DNA of 64,000 nt from Bdellovibrionota bacterium (GCA_044347345.1 JBIKUX010000015.1:3810-67809), one strand, 5' to 3'; shown: positions 1 through 10,328, counted from the first letter of the stretch. The notes: a model not told the origin generated them from the sequence alone. Program-made: numbers and translations.

Positions 1-3000
1 GCCTTTAGGTATCTGGGTATTTCTAGTAATGCATTAGGTGGAGTAGTTGAAAATACATTCTGAGGTACTAAATTATCTAATTCTCTTTGAATAATTGGAT
101 TATTATATTTTTTTTCGATAACGTTTTTTCTCAACGTCAAAATAGTATTGGCAACGGTTACTAGAGACCCCATTATATTGGAAATTTTACCCTTTGCCTC
201 ATAAAAAGCTCTATAAAGTACTTCCTTTGTTGGGGGATATTCAGATGGGACATTGATCACTTGCATTAGTGCTTGATCTGTTAAGCTGCTTAATAGATCT
301 TCCTTAGATATCCAGAAAGCGATTAAAGGTAAGAGATGCTGAGTTGTAGATTTGACCTGTTTCTCAAGATCCTTAATTTCTCTATGTAAGGTTTTCATTA
401 GGAGTAATTTACACCCCTCCTGAGATAAGTCATAAGCTATCTTTTGTTCATCGACTAATTTTAATTTTATATATTTTCCCTCTAAAACAAGTGCGACAAA
501 ACAGAAGGTAGAGAGACTTCCGATTGATAGGACTTCAATTTCTGTGGGAATATGTGGTATGTCGTCAATTTTTTCAATGGTGACTTCCCATTCATTCCGT
601 AGCTTGTCCCAAGCTGTTTGCTTAAGAGTAGCCGGAGTATCTTCTGATTGTAACTTTTGAAAATTCGAGAGATTTCTACCGGCAAACAATAAGGATCTTC
701 CATCGTCATCAATTACCTCTATTCTTGGTTGTAAGTGTGTCGGCAGTCTTTCGAAGGTTATGCTGTCCGAATTAATCTTATTTCCAAGGCGCAATTCAAC
801 AAGATGATTGATTGCTTCAATTAAAGGTAGATTGCTACTAAGGCTTTCTTTAGCAATTATTTCCGCCGTTTCCCGAATAGGATGCAGTTGAGTCCTGTAT
901 TCCTTCGGAAGAAGCCGGAGTAATGATAAGACTTGTTCGTATCTTATTCCTGGAACTATCCCATCGAGCATTCGCGGCGGAATATGCATGGCTAGGTGAT
1001 AAGGGATTTTAATTGTAATTCCATCACGTTCGCTATTAGCCTCATATCGATAAAAAATAGGACACTCGTAATTATCAATAATAATTTTATTTGGAAATTC
1101 TGTACTCGGCGATATATTCAAATCTTCTTCAGTAAGATCTTCTATTTTTGCCAGAAGTTTGCTATTCCAATCCTCATTCGCACGTCTTAAAAGACCTTCT
1201 AATTCTCGCAAAGAAGAAATTGCTGGTAGTATTGAGTGATAAAAATTAATTAAACGCTCAAGAATAAAATATGAAGAATAACGTCTAGTTATTGCCAGCT
1301 TATTTGATACTTGTTCACATAGTAACAAATTTTTTTGAACAAATGGTAATGATTCTAAAGATTCTTGTTCAATGATTAAAAGTGAGCGAATTAATAGATC
1401 CTTGGCTTTAGTTGCGTCAATTTTTGAATAAAAAATTGGTCTCTTCTGTAGGGGTAATCCAAAAATTATAACTTGCTCAGTTGCAGTGACAGCTTTTTTA
1501 CAGTCATCCCAATTTGGATCACTGACTGAACGTCGTAAAAGATGTTGACCAAGATCTTCTATCCAAGATGGAAGAACTTCTGCTGTAAGCTTTGCATATA
1601 GTCTATCAGTTTCAATTGTATCTCCTGCTACAATCCAAATGTTTTTCCTTTTTTTATGACGCTTCCTATTATTTACTTCATTTAATTTTAGATGCTTTCT
1701 TGTTTCATAAAGGGCACTTCCTTTTATGAGAGTCAAGGTACGACCTGCTAAGCCTCTGTAAACATTTTGTTGGATTCGGAAAGCAATTTGAGCAATAAAA
1801 CCGCTTAAAATTGCTCGATGGATAGCTCGATATTGACCATCAAATCGCGTAATACTTCTACCATTACTCACGGAAGTAGAAGCGTTATTTATAATTAAAG
1901 AGGCATTACGATGTTTTTTAAAAATCATTATCTTTGTCAGTTCTTCATGGATATCTATCCATTCTCGCATACGTTGAAAGGAGAGAAATTTAGATTTACA
2001 AAATTTTCTGAGAGAACTTAAGTTTTTTGCCGATTCTCGAGCTTTCTGAGCTTCGTTCCATATAATCAGTAGAGTGAGAAAATCAGAAGAATTATGTTGT
2101 AATTCGCGATGAGCTTGGGCGGCCTTTTCTTGTTGTTCAATTGGTCTTTCTCGAGGGTCAGGAATGCTTAGCCCCGCGGCAATTACCAAACAATCAGCTA
2201 TAGCTTGCTCTTTTTCAGCTTGAATAAGCATACGTCCAATTGTTGGGTCTACTGGAAGGTTCGCAAGTTTCAGACCAAGAGGAGTTAAGGATTTATCTGA
2301 GTTAAGCGCCCCTAATTCTGACAAAAGTTGTAGTCCGGCTCTTATTGAGCGAGAATTTGGTGGTTCTAAAAAAGGAAAATCCTCAATAGCGCCGATATTA
2401 TACGCTTTCATTAATAAGATAACTTCAGCAAGATTTGCACGATTAATTTCTGGATCAGCAAAGGGAGCTCGCGCAAGAAAATCTTCCTCTGAATAAAGTC
2501 TGATGCATATCCCTTCTTTAACTCTACCTGCTCTGCCAGCTCTTTGATTTGCGCTACTTTGTGCTACTCGTTCTATAGGCAATTTTTTAGTTCGAGAACG
2601 AGGAACATAACGACTTGTACGAGCTAGCCCAGTATCTACCACATATTTGACATTTGGTATTGTGATAGAGGTTTCAGCTATATTTGTAGCAATAATTACT
2701 TTGCGTAGCTGTGTATTTTGAAAGATCGCTTCCTGTTCGTTTTTACTTAAATTTCCGTATAGCGGCAGTATTATGTTTTTACTTTTAGCTATTATTGAGT
2801 AGTCGCCTCGCAGACGTTGTAGAGTATCGCGGATGTCTCGTTCAGAGGGCATAAATACCAGAATATCTCCCTCATTTGAGGAGTCTAGGATTTTACGAAC
2901 GGTACGAATAGCCGCTTCTACATAAGGCACAGTAAAGCGCTCATCATTGTCTGGGTTTGAGCTGTCTTCTGCTTCATCTGAACCTATTGGACAATACTTA

Positions 3001-3557
3001 ATCTCAACAGGATAGGTGCGTCCAGATATCTCGAAAACAGGTGCACCGTCAAATGATTTAGAAAATAAGTGTGTGTCTATTGTAGCACTAGTTATTATTA
3101 TTTTTAGATCAGTGCGTTCTTTTCGTAATCTTCTGAGGTAGCCAAGAATGAAATCTATATTGAGAGACCTTTCATGAGCCTCATCAATAATAATCGCACT
3201 GTACTGCTTAAGTTTTGGATCATGACGAATCTCGGTGAGCAAAATCCCGTCTGTCATTACCTTTATAACAGTTTCTCGGGATAAATTATTGTGAAATCTC
3301 GTTTTGCAACCAACTATTGTTCCCCAAGGAACTTCAAGTTCTGAGGCTATACGTTGAGAAATAGATAGCGCAGCAAGACGACGAGGTTGCGTACAGCCAA
3401 TGATACCACGATTTGTTAGGCCGGCTTTAAGACAGAATTTTGGTAGCTGGGTGGTTTTCCCTGATCCAGTTTCTCCGGCTACAATAATAACTTGATGTGC
3501 CTTAATTGCATTTATAATGGTTGCTTGATGCTCAAGTATTGGAAGAGAACTATGCAT
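1..3557 (-). CDS. hrpA: ATP-dependent RNA helicase HrpA (DEAH-box). The gene starts at 3557 and its C-terminal end runs past position 1 of the window.
   Basis: Reverse-strand translation from 3557 gives MHSSLPILEHQATIINAIKAHQVIIVAGETGSGKTTQLP (Walker A), then IIDEAHERSL (DEAH box), SATID and QRAGRAGR (motif VI). The frame stays open over at least 3557-2520 as I translated it by hand. No ORF on the supplied track competes for 1-3557. Confidence 0.85.
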   Translation of the reverse strand, partial: MHSSLPILEHQATIINAIKAHQVIIVAGETGSGKTTQLPKFCLKAGLTNRGIIGCTQPRRLAALSISQRIASELEVPWGTIVGCKTRFHNNLSRETVIKVMTDGILLTEIRHDPKLKQYSAIIIDEAHERSLNIDFILGYLRRLRKERTDLKIIITSATIDTHLFSKSFDGAPVFEISGRTYPVEIKYCPIGSDEAEDSSNPDNDERFTVPYVEAAIRTVRKILDSSNEGDILVFMPSERDIRDTLQRLRGDYSIIAKSKNIILPLYGNLSKNEQEAIFQNTQLRKVIIATNIAETSITIPNVKYVVDTGLARTSRYVPRSRTKKLPIERVAQSSANQRAGRAGRVKEGICIRLYSEEDFLARAPFADPEINRANLAEVILLMKAYNIGAIEDFPFLEPPNSRSIRAGLQLLSELGALNSDKSLTPLGLKLANLPVDPTIGRMLIQAEKEQAIADCLVIAAGLSIPDPRERPIEQQEKAAQAHRELQHNSSDFLTLLIIWNEAQKARESAKNLSSLRKFCKSKFLSFQRMREWIDIHEELTKIMIFKKHRNASLIINNASTSVSNGRSITRFDGQYRAIHRAILSGFIAQIAFRIQQNVYRGLAGRTLTLIKGSALYETRKHLKLNEVNNRKRHKKRKNIWIVAGDTIETDRLYAKLTAEVLPSWIEDLGQHLLRRSVSDPNWDDCKKAVTATEQVIIFGLPLQKRPIFYSKIDATKAKDLLIRSLLIIEQESLESLPFVQKNLLLCEQVSNKLAITRRYSSYFILERLINFYHSILPAISSLRELEGLLRRANEDWNSKLLAKIEDLTEEDLNISPSTEFPNKIIIDNYECPIFYRYEANSERDGITIKIPYHLAMHIPPRMLDGIVPGIRYEQVLSLLRLLPKEYRTQLHPIRETAEIIAKESLSSNLPLIEAINHLVELRLGNKINSDSITFERLPTHLQPRIEVIDDDGRSLLFAGRNLSNFQKLQSEDTPATLKQTAWDKLRNEWEVTIEKIDDIPHIPTEIEVLSIGSLSTFCFVALVLEGKYIKLKLVDEQKIAYDLSQEGCKLLLMKTLHREIKDLEKQVKSTTQHLLPLIAFWISKEDLLSSLTDQALMQVINVPSEYPPTKEVLYRAFYEAKGKISNIMGSLVTVANTILTLRKNVIEKKYNNPIIQRELDNLVPQNVFSTTPPNALLEIPRYLK

Positions 3558-3616
3558 GACAGGGTACGGTACTGTGGACTTAAGTTTTAAGGTTAGTCCA
3601 ATTTCTATTTATTAAA

Positions 3617-4924
3617 TTGTTTGGAGGGCGTGTCATTAAAATTATGTGGATTACTTTAGTCTGGCCAGAGCCTAATTCGTCGGCGGCGGGTCTACGGCTT
3701 TTTCAATTAATTAAAGGTATGCAATCTGAACATACTGTTAAGGTTGTGTCGCCCTGTAAGACTAATATATACCGAGAGCTTCTTGAATTGGAAGGAGTTG
3801 ATACTTGTGTGCTTCCTGCCAATGACCCGAAATTTGATGAGTTTATTCTCTATTACAAGCCAGAGGTTGTTATATTTGATCGCTTTATGATTGAGGAACA
3901 ATTTGGGTGGCGAGTAGCTCTTCATGCACCAAATGCTTTACGCATTTTGGATACCATTGATTTGCATTTCCTTCGTGTAGAGCGACAGAATAAGACTGCA
4001 AGTGTGGTAGAGGATTGGTCAAATATAGAAAATTTTACATTGCCCTTAGATCATTCACCCACAAGATTGAGAGAAATTTCTGCCATATTTCGCTCGGATT
4101 TGGCGGTATTAGTCTCTTGGTATGAATATGAATGTCTTATTCGCCATTTTAGTTTTCCATCTGATCAGTTTGCAGTTATTCCTATTGGATTAGATCCTCT
4201 TGAAGGTGCTCCTGACTTTGAATCTCGAAAAAATATCGCTTGGATTGGAAATGGTAAGCATCCTCCTAATGTTGATTCTTTGCATATACTGCTTCAGGCT
4301 GTATGGCCTAAACTCAAAGTTGAGTTAGAGAGCCATGGTGTAGGTAGCCCACGATTGCATATTTTTGGAGCCTATCTTCCATCAGGACTTTTTAAGGAAG
4401 TTCCTGATGGTGTCGATGTTTTAGGTAGAGTAGAAGATGCTACTAAAACGTTAGCTAATTTTAGATTAACCCTCGCTCCTTTGCGATTTGGTGCAGGGAT
4501 CAAAGGAAAAGTTTTGGATAGTTGGGCTAGTGGTACACCTTGTGTAACTACAGCCATAGGCGTAGAAGGTCTAACGCCCGATAAACTAGTAATACCTGAT
4601 GAATTTTATTGTGAGCTACTAGCTGCCAATCCGGATGAGATGGTTGAAAGAGCGGTTACTCTCTATACTGATAAAATTAAATGGAATAGCTATCAATCTA
4701 CCGCTATTTCAGTAATCAAAGAGCTTTTTTCCGTAGACTTAGTTGTAAAAAAGTGGAAAAGCCTGATTAAACATAACCATAGAGAATTATCTTCGCATCG
4801 CTTCAAGAATGTTATAGGGGCTGCTCTATGGCAACAGCAGATTCGTAGCACTGAGTATTTCTCACGTTGGATTGAAGAGAAAAATGCACAAAGGATTCAT
4901 GGGACGAATAAAAAAAGAGACTGA
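3617..4924 (+). CDS. GT-B fold glycosyltransferase, family 1/4-like. The start is uncertain and could be the ATG at 3644.
   Basis: The C-terminal half has the GT-B signature region: IAWIGNGKHPPN ... FRLTLAPLRFGAGIKGKVLDSWASGTPCVTTAIGVEG. Confidence 0.5.
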   Translation: MFGGRVIKIMWITLVWPEPNSSAAGLRLFQLIKGMQSEHTVKVVSPCKTNIYRELLELEGVDTCVLPANDPKFDEFILYYKPEVVIFDRFMIEEQFGWRVALHAPNALRILDTIDLHFLRVERQNKTASVVEDWSNIENFTLPLDHSPTRLREISAIFRSDLAVLVSWYEYECLIRHFSFPSDQFAVIPIGLDPLEGAPDFESRKNIAWIGNGKHPPNVDSLHILLQAVWPKLKVELESHGVGSPRLHIFGAYLPSGLFKEVPDGVDVLGRVEDATKTLANFRLTLAPLRFGAGIKGKVLDSWASGTPCVTTAIGVEGLTPDKLVIPDEFYCELLAANPDEMVERAVTLYTDKIKWNSYQSTAISVIKELFSVDLVVKKWKSLIKHNHRELSSHRFKNVIGAALWQQQIRSTEYFSRWIEEKNAQRIHGTNKKRD

Positions 4925-5327
4925 TAGCCAGAATAATGATGATGAGCAAGTACAGGTTAGACTTGATAAATGGCTTTGGGTCGCTAGATTTTATAAAACG
5001 CGAAATATTGCTCACACGGCGATTGAGGCAGGTAAAGTCTTTGTTGATGGAGCAAGAGCAAAGCCGGGTAAAATAGTTGATGTAGGTCAAATTATCTCGA
5101 TTAGTCTTCCATCTGGACAAATAACTGTGATTGTAATGGCTCTTTCTAAGGTACGTCGCTCAGCCTCATACGCTCAGGATATGTACACCGAAACAGCAGA
5201 AAGTATGACTGCTAGAGAGGCCACAAAATCTATAAAAAATCATCTACAATCTAGGCCACCTGAAAAACGTCCCTTCGGTGAAGCTCGTCGCGCCCTTAGG
5301 CGTCTTAAGGAAGGTGATAATTCATAA
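4899..5327 (+). CDS. hslR: Ribosome-associated heat shock protein Hsp15 (S4 RNA-binding domain). The ORF opens at a TTG at 4872; 4884 and 4899 are alternative ATG starts.
   Basis: Contains VRLDKWLWVARFYKTRNIAHTAIEAGKVFVDG, which is S4-domain Hsp15-like. The first 53 nt of the long ORF would overlap the upstream gene, so a later start is more likely. Confidence 0.75.
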   Translation: MGRIKKETDSQNNDDEQVQVRLDKWLWVARFYKTRNIAHTAIEAGKVFVDGARAKPGKIVDVGQIISISLPSGQITVIVMALSKVRRSASYAQDMYTETAESMTAREATKSIKNHLQSRPPEKRPFGEARRALRRLKEGDNS

Positions 5328-5354
5328 GACAAGCTAACAGCTTTATTGGCTTAC

Positions 5355-5924
5355 TTAACTTGCGGGCTTGGATATAGATGACGCTGGACGTAATTTCATA
5401 ATTATATTGCGATTTCTCTCTCCCAGAAGCAGGATGTCATTTTGTTGTTCAAAGAAAACTACTAGTCCCAAAGCCTTTAAAAACACCGATTCTTGCGTCA
5501 TTAAAGCGCCTTTGCAAGCCATTCTAGTTGTACCAATATTTTCTATTTTGAAATAATTATCAATTTTTTTAATTGATGCAAAATATCGGTTACAACCTGT
5601 ACTGCCACTAATTTTACCGGTTGTATCTATTAGTAATGTTGGATTGCGATTAGTTTGGGAGAGATCAATCACACTTTCGTCAGCCAGAGCAAGATAAGTT
5701 ACATACCAAGAGCTCTTAGCTAGAGCCTCTGTTGGGTTTTCGATTGGCTTTATAATTTCAGTTACTCCTTGAGTATGACCTAATTGCTTAGATGCGCAGG
5801 AGACAAACAGTAAGGAGATAAAGATATTTACCGCAGAAGTTACACTAAATACTTTTCTTGATAATTTCCCAAAAGATTTTTTAAAGTTTAATTGGTTGAC
5901 GCAGTAGTATTTGTTATTTTTCAT
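5355..5924 (-). CDS. hslJ: META/HslJ-like (DUF306) lipoprotein.
   Basis: Signal peptide with a lipobox-like LLFVSCAS. Central GCNRYF motif, which is typical of HslJ/META domains. Convergent with hslR. Confidence 0.55.
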   Translation of the reverse strand: MKNNKYYCVNQLNFKKSFGKLSRKVFSVTSAVNIFISLLFVSCASKQLGHTQGVTEIIKPIENPTEALAKSSWYVTYLALADESVIDLSQTNRNPTLLIDTTGKISGSTGCNRYFASIKKIDNYFKIENIGTTRMACKGALMTQESVFLKALGLVVFFEQQNDILLLGERNRNIIMKLRPASSISKPAS

Positions 5925-6056
5925 TTGGCAGATTATTAATTTACCTTTTTCTCAGTGATTGCATAGTACTTAGAACAAGCTTAGTATGCTCGCCGTCACT
6001 TGAATACAACTAGTGATGAATATTGTTTAAAGTAGCCAAGAGAATGGAGGTTTTTT

Positions 6057-7574
6057 GTGGCGATTATCCTCAGTGATATCTCTCGTACTTTCGATGAATT
6101 CTTGCTTCTTCCTGGTTTAACATCCAAGGAGCACACTCCTTCTCGCGTATCTCTAAAAGTTCCTCTTGCCAAGTTTCATAGTGGAGAGCAGTCAAGAGCG
6201 TCTCTTAATTTGCCGATTGTGTCGTCAGCTATGCAGTCGGTTTCAGGTTCAAGATTAGCTGTAGCTTTAGCAAGAAAAGGTGGCTCAAGCTTTATTTTTT
6301 GCTCTCAGTCGATTGAGTCGCAAGCAAATATGGTCAGATTAGTAAAAGAGCATAAGGCTGGTTTTGTTGAGTCTGATTCTAACTTGCCACCAACAGCAAC
6401 TCTCGCCGATGCTGTTGAGCTTAGAAGCAAGACCGGTCACTCTACAATCGCAATTACTGAGAATGGAAAATTAAATTCAAAATTATTAGGGCTTCTTACT
6501 AGTAAAGATTTTTGGGAATTTAAGGATGATTTATCCAGTTCGGTCAGTAAATATTTCACTCCAGTAGAGAGATTGATACTGGCCAAAGAGGGAGCATCAC
6601 TTCAAGAAGCAACAGAGCTTTTATGGCGCAATAAAAAAGAGTGCTTACCAATAATAGATATTGAAGGAAATCTCAAATATCTTGTATTTCGTCGCGACTA
6701 TTTTGATCACAAATCTAATCCGCTTGAATTGACTGATTCGCGGAAGCGACTTTTTGTTGGAGCGGCTCTAAATACTCATGATTACATTGAGCGCGCTTCA
6801 GCTGTTTTTGATGCGGGGGCAGATTGTGTATGTCTTGATTCTTCCGATGGATTTTCAGAATGGCAAAAGGAGGCGGCAAAAGCCATAAGATTAGAGTGTG
6901 GTCAGGATGTTGTTATTGGTGGGGGAAATGTCGTTACTAAGGAAGGATTTAGATATCTAGTTAAGGAAGCCTCAATTGATTTTGTGAAAGTTGGCATTGG
7001 CGGAGGCTCTATTTGTATCACTCGTGAACAGAAGGGTATTGGTCGAGGCCAAGCATCAGCAGTCCTTGAAGTGGCCGCTGCTCGTGATGAATATTTTAGA
7101 GAGACCGGAATTTACGTTCCAATATGTTCAGACGGCGGGTTAAGGACTGACACTCACATAATCATGGCTCTTGCAATGGGCGCTGATTTTGTGATGATGG
7201 GCAAATATTTCGCTATGACTGAAGAAAGCCCAACGCAAAAAATTAACTATAGAGGTCGCTTATATAAGCCTTATTGGGGAGAGGGCTCAAATAGAGCCAG
7301 AAATTGGCATCGGTACAAAGATGGTCGCATTGATGACAATGAAGGACACTTTGAAGAGGGAGTTGACGCATATGTTCCTTACAGTGGCTCGTTAGGTGAT
7401 AAGGTTGACGTTTCGATGGCTAAGCTCCGTGAAACTATGTGTAACTGTGGCGCGCTTTCGGTAAAGGAATTTCATGACAAAGCGATATTAACGAGGATTT
7501 CTGAGATGACTCTGATTGAAGGCGGAACATCCTCAGTTGAACAGCTTGATCGCATTCACAGTGAGCGTGATTAA
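6057..7574 (+). CDS. guaB: Inosine-5'-monophosphate dehydrogenase family protein (GTG start, GGAGG ribosome-binding site 7 nt upstream).
   Basis: TFDEFLLLPG N-terminus. A CBS-pair insert is present. Catalytic loop VKVGIGGGSICITRE with the active-site Cys. Also SDGGLRTDTHIIMALAMGADFVMMG ... TEESP. Confidence 0.7.
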   Translation: MAIILSDISRTFDEFLLLPGLTSKEHTPSRVSLKVPLAKFHSGEQSRASLNLPIVSSAMQSVSGSRLAVALARKGGSSFIFCSQSIESQANMVRLVKEHKAGFVESDSNLPPTATLADAVELRSKTGHSTIAITENGKLNSKLLGLLTSKDFWEFKDDLSSSVSKYFTPVERLILAKEGASLQEATELLWRNKKECLPIIDIEGNLKYLVFRRDYFDHKSNPLELTDSRKRLFVGAALNTHDYIERASAVFDAGADCVCLDSSDGFSEWQKEAAKAIRLECGQDVVIGGGNVVTKEGFRYLVKEASIDFVKVGIGGGSICITREQKGIGRGQASAVLEVAAARDEYFRETGIYVPICSDGGLRTDTHIIMALAMGADFVMMGKYFAMTEESPTQKINYRGRLYKPYWGEGSNRARNWHRYKDGRIDDNEGHFEEGVDAYVPYSGSLGDKVDVSMAKLRETMCNCGALSVKEFHDKAILTRISEMTLIEGGTSSVEQLDRIHSERD

Positions 7575-7582
7575 CGATTAGT

Positions 7583-8074
7583 ATGGATATTCTAAATGGC
7601 TATAGTGAAAAGATGGTTCTTTTTGAGAATATTTCACGCCATGCAGGATGGAATAATCCACAATTTGGTGAGCGTGTAGCAAGACGCTTTGCTGACGTTG
7701 GTTATGAAGAATTTCTGGTTCTCCCTCAGGGGAAAATGGTGTCGATGCTGTCAGGTACGATTACTGCAATACCAACTGATGATGAGGCTAGTTTGTTTAT
7801 AGTACCGTCAGTTGAGCGATTGGTATTTTGGTGTGAAGAGATGGGAGGTAAAGTAAGTTCCATAGAGCGGGTTGATTTAAGAGATTGGTGTGTCAGGCTT
7901 GTGAATAAAGCTGATTCTTTAATCGTGATTCAAGATAGAGATTTACTTTTTGCCCTAAGCTTAGCTTGTTTTAAAGCTTTTTGTTTGGGTGAATTGAAAA
8001 CAAAAACTCAGTCTATTTCCGGTAACCCGCTCAGCAAGAAGAGTGGACGTGGGCTGAGATTAGTATCAACTTAG
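7583..8074 (+). CDS. Hypothetical protein (163 aa). I recognise no family.
   Basis: ORF with coding-like composition. Tightly spaced between guaB-like and maf, so apparently in the same operon. Confidence 0.4.
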   Translation: MDILNGYSEKMVLFENISRHAGWNNPQFGERVARRFADVGYEEFLVLPQGKMVSMLSGTITAIPTDDEASLFIVPSVERLVFWCEEMGGKVSSIERVDLRDWCVRLVNKADSLIVIQDRDLLFALSLACFKAFCLGELKTKTQSISGNPLSKKSGRGLRLVST

Positions 8075-8094
8075 TTTCATATGAAAGGACGATA

Positions 8095-8718
8095 ATGTGG
8101 AAGTTGACGGCACCTTTGATACTTGCTTCTGCTTCGCCACGACGTCGTGAGCTTTTAGCTTCTGTGGGAATTTTCCCAGATATTTATCCAGCTGATGTTG
8201 ATGAATCCCCTCAAGATAATGAAGATCCGATAAATCTTGTTAAAAGAGTAACTTTATTAAAAGCTACCACAATATCGGCGCGGTACAAGAAGTCATGGGT
8301 TCTCGCGGCAGATACTGTAGTAGTAATTGATGATGAGGTTTTGGGGAAGCCACAAGACGAGAAAGATGCAGAGAGAATGTTAATGAAAATCTCCGGTCGG
8401 ATGCATACTGTTATTACAGGCTACGCGCTTATTGGTCCCTCTGATTTGCAAGTTACTTTTAATAACTTAAGCAACTCTTACCGTCCCCAAGTGGCCACTG
8501 AAGAAGCTAAGGTTACTTTTTCTGAACTCTCTCCGCATATTATAAGTGCTTACATAGCTACAGGTGAGCCCCTCGATAAAGCTGGAGCTTACGCTCTTCA
8601 GGGTATAGGTAGTGCTTTTGTGGAATCCATTATTGGTGCACCCTCAACTGTAATCGGGTTGCCATTGTCGTCTATCATTGGGCTGCTAGAGCGTGCAGGC
8701 GTTCTGGCAGTAAATTAG
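8095..8718 (+). CDS. maf: Maf-like nucleoside triphosphate pyrophosphatase.
   Basis: LILASASPRRRELL N-terminal signature. Confidence 0.85.
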   Translation: MWKLTAPLILASASPRRRELLASVGIFPDIYPADVDESPQDNEDPINLVKRVTLLKATTISARYKKSWVLAADTVVVIDDEVLGKPQDEKDAERMLMKISGRMHTVITGYALIGPSDLQVTFNNLSNSYRPQVATEEAKVTFSELSPHIISAYIATGEPLDKAGAYALQGIGSAFVESIIGAPSTVIGLPLSSIIGLLERAGVLAVN

Positions 8719-8720
8719 TA

Positions 8721-9440
8721 ATGACGAACAGAGCAGCTACTGTTCTTTCTCAAATTGCTTTAGCTTGTGAACGTGTGGGTCGTTTGCCTTCTTCGGTTTC
8801 TGTAGTTATAGCGATCAAAGGCAGATCTATTCCGGACATAGTCTCAGTTGTTGAACAATTTGCAGTTAGTGGCATATATGCGGAAAAATTACCGTCACTT
8901 GGTGAAAATTATCTAAAAGAATATTTGCATCGCCAGTGCTCTGAAAGTGGCGCATGGGCATCTTTACAACAATGCCCGTTTCATTTTATTGGACCTCTTC
9001 AGTCGAATAAGCTACGCGGCATTGTACAAAATTTTAGTGTAGTAGAGTCAGTAGCCTCTGAAAAGCATCTTCGTTTAATTAGTGTAGAGGCAGCTCGTAT
9101 TAAGAAGGTAATAGGTGTTTATCTTCAAGTTAATATTTCCGCTGATGAGGCCAAGCAGGGATTTACCTCTGAAGAGGTAGTTAAGGTGGTTCCTATGTTC
9201 AAAGAGATGCCGTTTTTATGTCTTCAAGGCCTCATGACTATTACGCGGCACTATCCGACACCAGAGGAAGTACGCCCTGATTATCGGGCACTAAATAGTT
9301 TACGGAATAAGATGGTAGAGTTAGGGTTAATTGCTCCTAATTCGATATACCTTAGTATGGGAATGTCTCAGGATTTTACTATTGCGATTGAAGAGGGTGC
9401 TGATGTGGTGCGTCTAGGAACGGCACTTTTTGAAGATTGA
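8721..9440 (+). CDS. yggS: PLP homeostasis protein, YggS family.
   Basis: Alanine-racemase-N-like fold motifs GENYLKE, HFIGPLQSNK and VRLGTALF. Followed by yggT, as in the conserved yggS-yggT pair. Confidence 0.8.
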   Translation: MTNRAATVLSQIALACERVGRLPSSVSVVIAIKGRSIPDIVSVVEQFAVSGIYAEKLPSLGENYLKEYLHRQCSESGAWASLQQCPFHFIGPLQSNKLRGIVQNFSVVESVASEKHLRLISVEAARIKKVIGVYLQVNISADEAKQGFTSEEVVKVVPMFKEMPFLCLQGLMTITRHYPTPEEVRPDYRALNSLRNKMVELGLIAPNSIYLSMGMSQDFTIAIEEGADVVRLGTALFED

Positions 9441-9499
9441 AGTTTTATGTTGAGATAAAAAATAATATGAGAATAATACAGTAAATTTAGAGTACATCT

Positions 9500-9820
9500 A
9501 TGATTATACTTGCAAACGTAATGAGCGCCATTGCTGTACTACTTAGTGGAATGTTACTATTATTGAAAATATCGGTGTTAGCGTCAGTGGTTATTTCTTG
9601 GCTAAACGCCGATCCGTATAATCCCATAGTTCGTGCGATTAGAGAGTTTACTGAACCTATTTATCGTCTTGTTCGGTCTCGAGTACCCTTAGTTTTTGGA
9701 TCTATTGATTTAACCCCTGTTCTATTACTATTTGCTTTACAATTTATAGATATGGTTTTGGTTAAATCTTTATCTGATTATGCATCGCAATTAATATTAC
9801 AATCCTTGGGAAGGCCATAA
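9500..9820 (+). CDS. yggT: YggT family membrane protein.
   Basis: Small, two-transmembrane hydrophobic protein sitting directly downstream of yggS. Confidence 0.65.
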   Translation: MIILANVMSAIAVLLSGMLLLLKISVLASVVISWLNADPYNPIVRAIREFTEPIYRLVRSRVPLVFGSIDLTPVLLLFALQFIDMVLVKSLSDYASQLILQSLGRP

Positions 9821-9894
9821 AAGTAAGTTTGCCTTCTTGAAAGCCATTGGATGGATGGCTAACAATTAATAGTTTTTTAAAGGATAAAGAGTAT

Positions 9895-10251
9895 ATGCCT
9901 ATTTACGAATACGAATGCGAAATTCATGGTAGGTTTGAACATATTCAGCGTGTTGGAGAAGCTGATATCGTTTACTGCCCGATCTGTGCAAGAAATTCAT
10001 TAAGCACTCCCGTGGTAAAATGTATTTCAGCGGCTGCATTTCATCTGAAAGGTGGGGGATGGTACAAGACTGATTATGCATCTTCTTCAAGTAGTAAACC
10101 GGTAAAGAGTGAGTCTAATCTTGAAGCTAGCAAAGCGGGAGATACCAAGGCTACAGACTCAAGTGGCCCTGCAGCCAGTAATGGTAGTGGTAATAGTGGT
10201 GAAGGCACATCCTCTAAGGGGGGATGCGGTACAGCTTGCGCCTGTCATTAA
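9895..10251 (+). CDS. FmdB-family zinc-ribbon protein with a Ser/Gly-rich tail. The track ORF begins at 9847; the conserved start is the MPIYEYEC Met at 9895.
   Basis: MPIYEYECEIHGRFE ... CPIC pattern, i.e. a CxxC...CxxC zinc ribbon. Confidence 0.6.
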   Translation: MPIYEYECEIHGRFEHIQRVGEADIVYCPICARNSLSTPVVKCISAAAFHLKGGGWYKTDYASSSSSKPVKSESNLEASKAGDTKATDSSGPAASNGSGNSGEGTSSKGGCGTACACH

Positions 10252-10328
10252 TCGTTTTGGCACTTACAAATTTCGTAGTTTTAGTTAACTTCTGGTGACT
10301 TTTTATTATCGGTTACTTTTTACTATTG

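Noticed and set aside
482-1190. Small ORFs 482..712 (-) and 996..1190 (+)
   Set aside because: Both sit inside the long hrpA reading frame. They are alternative-frame or antisense artefacts.
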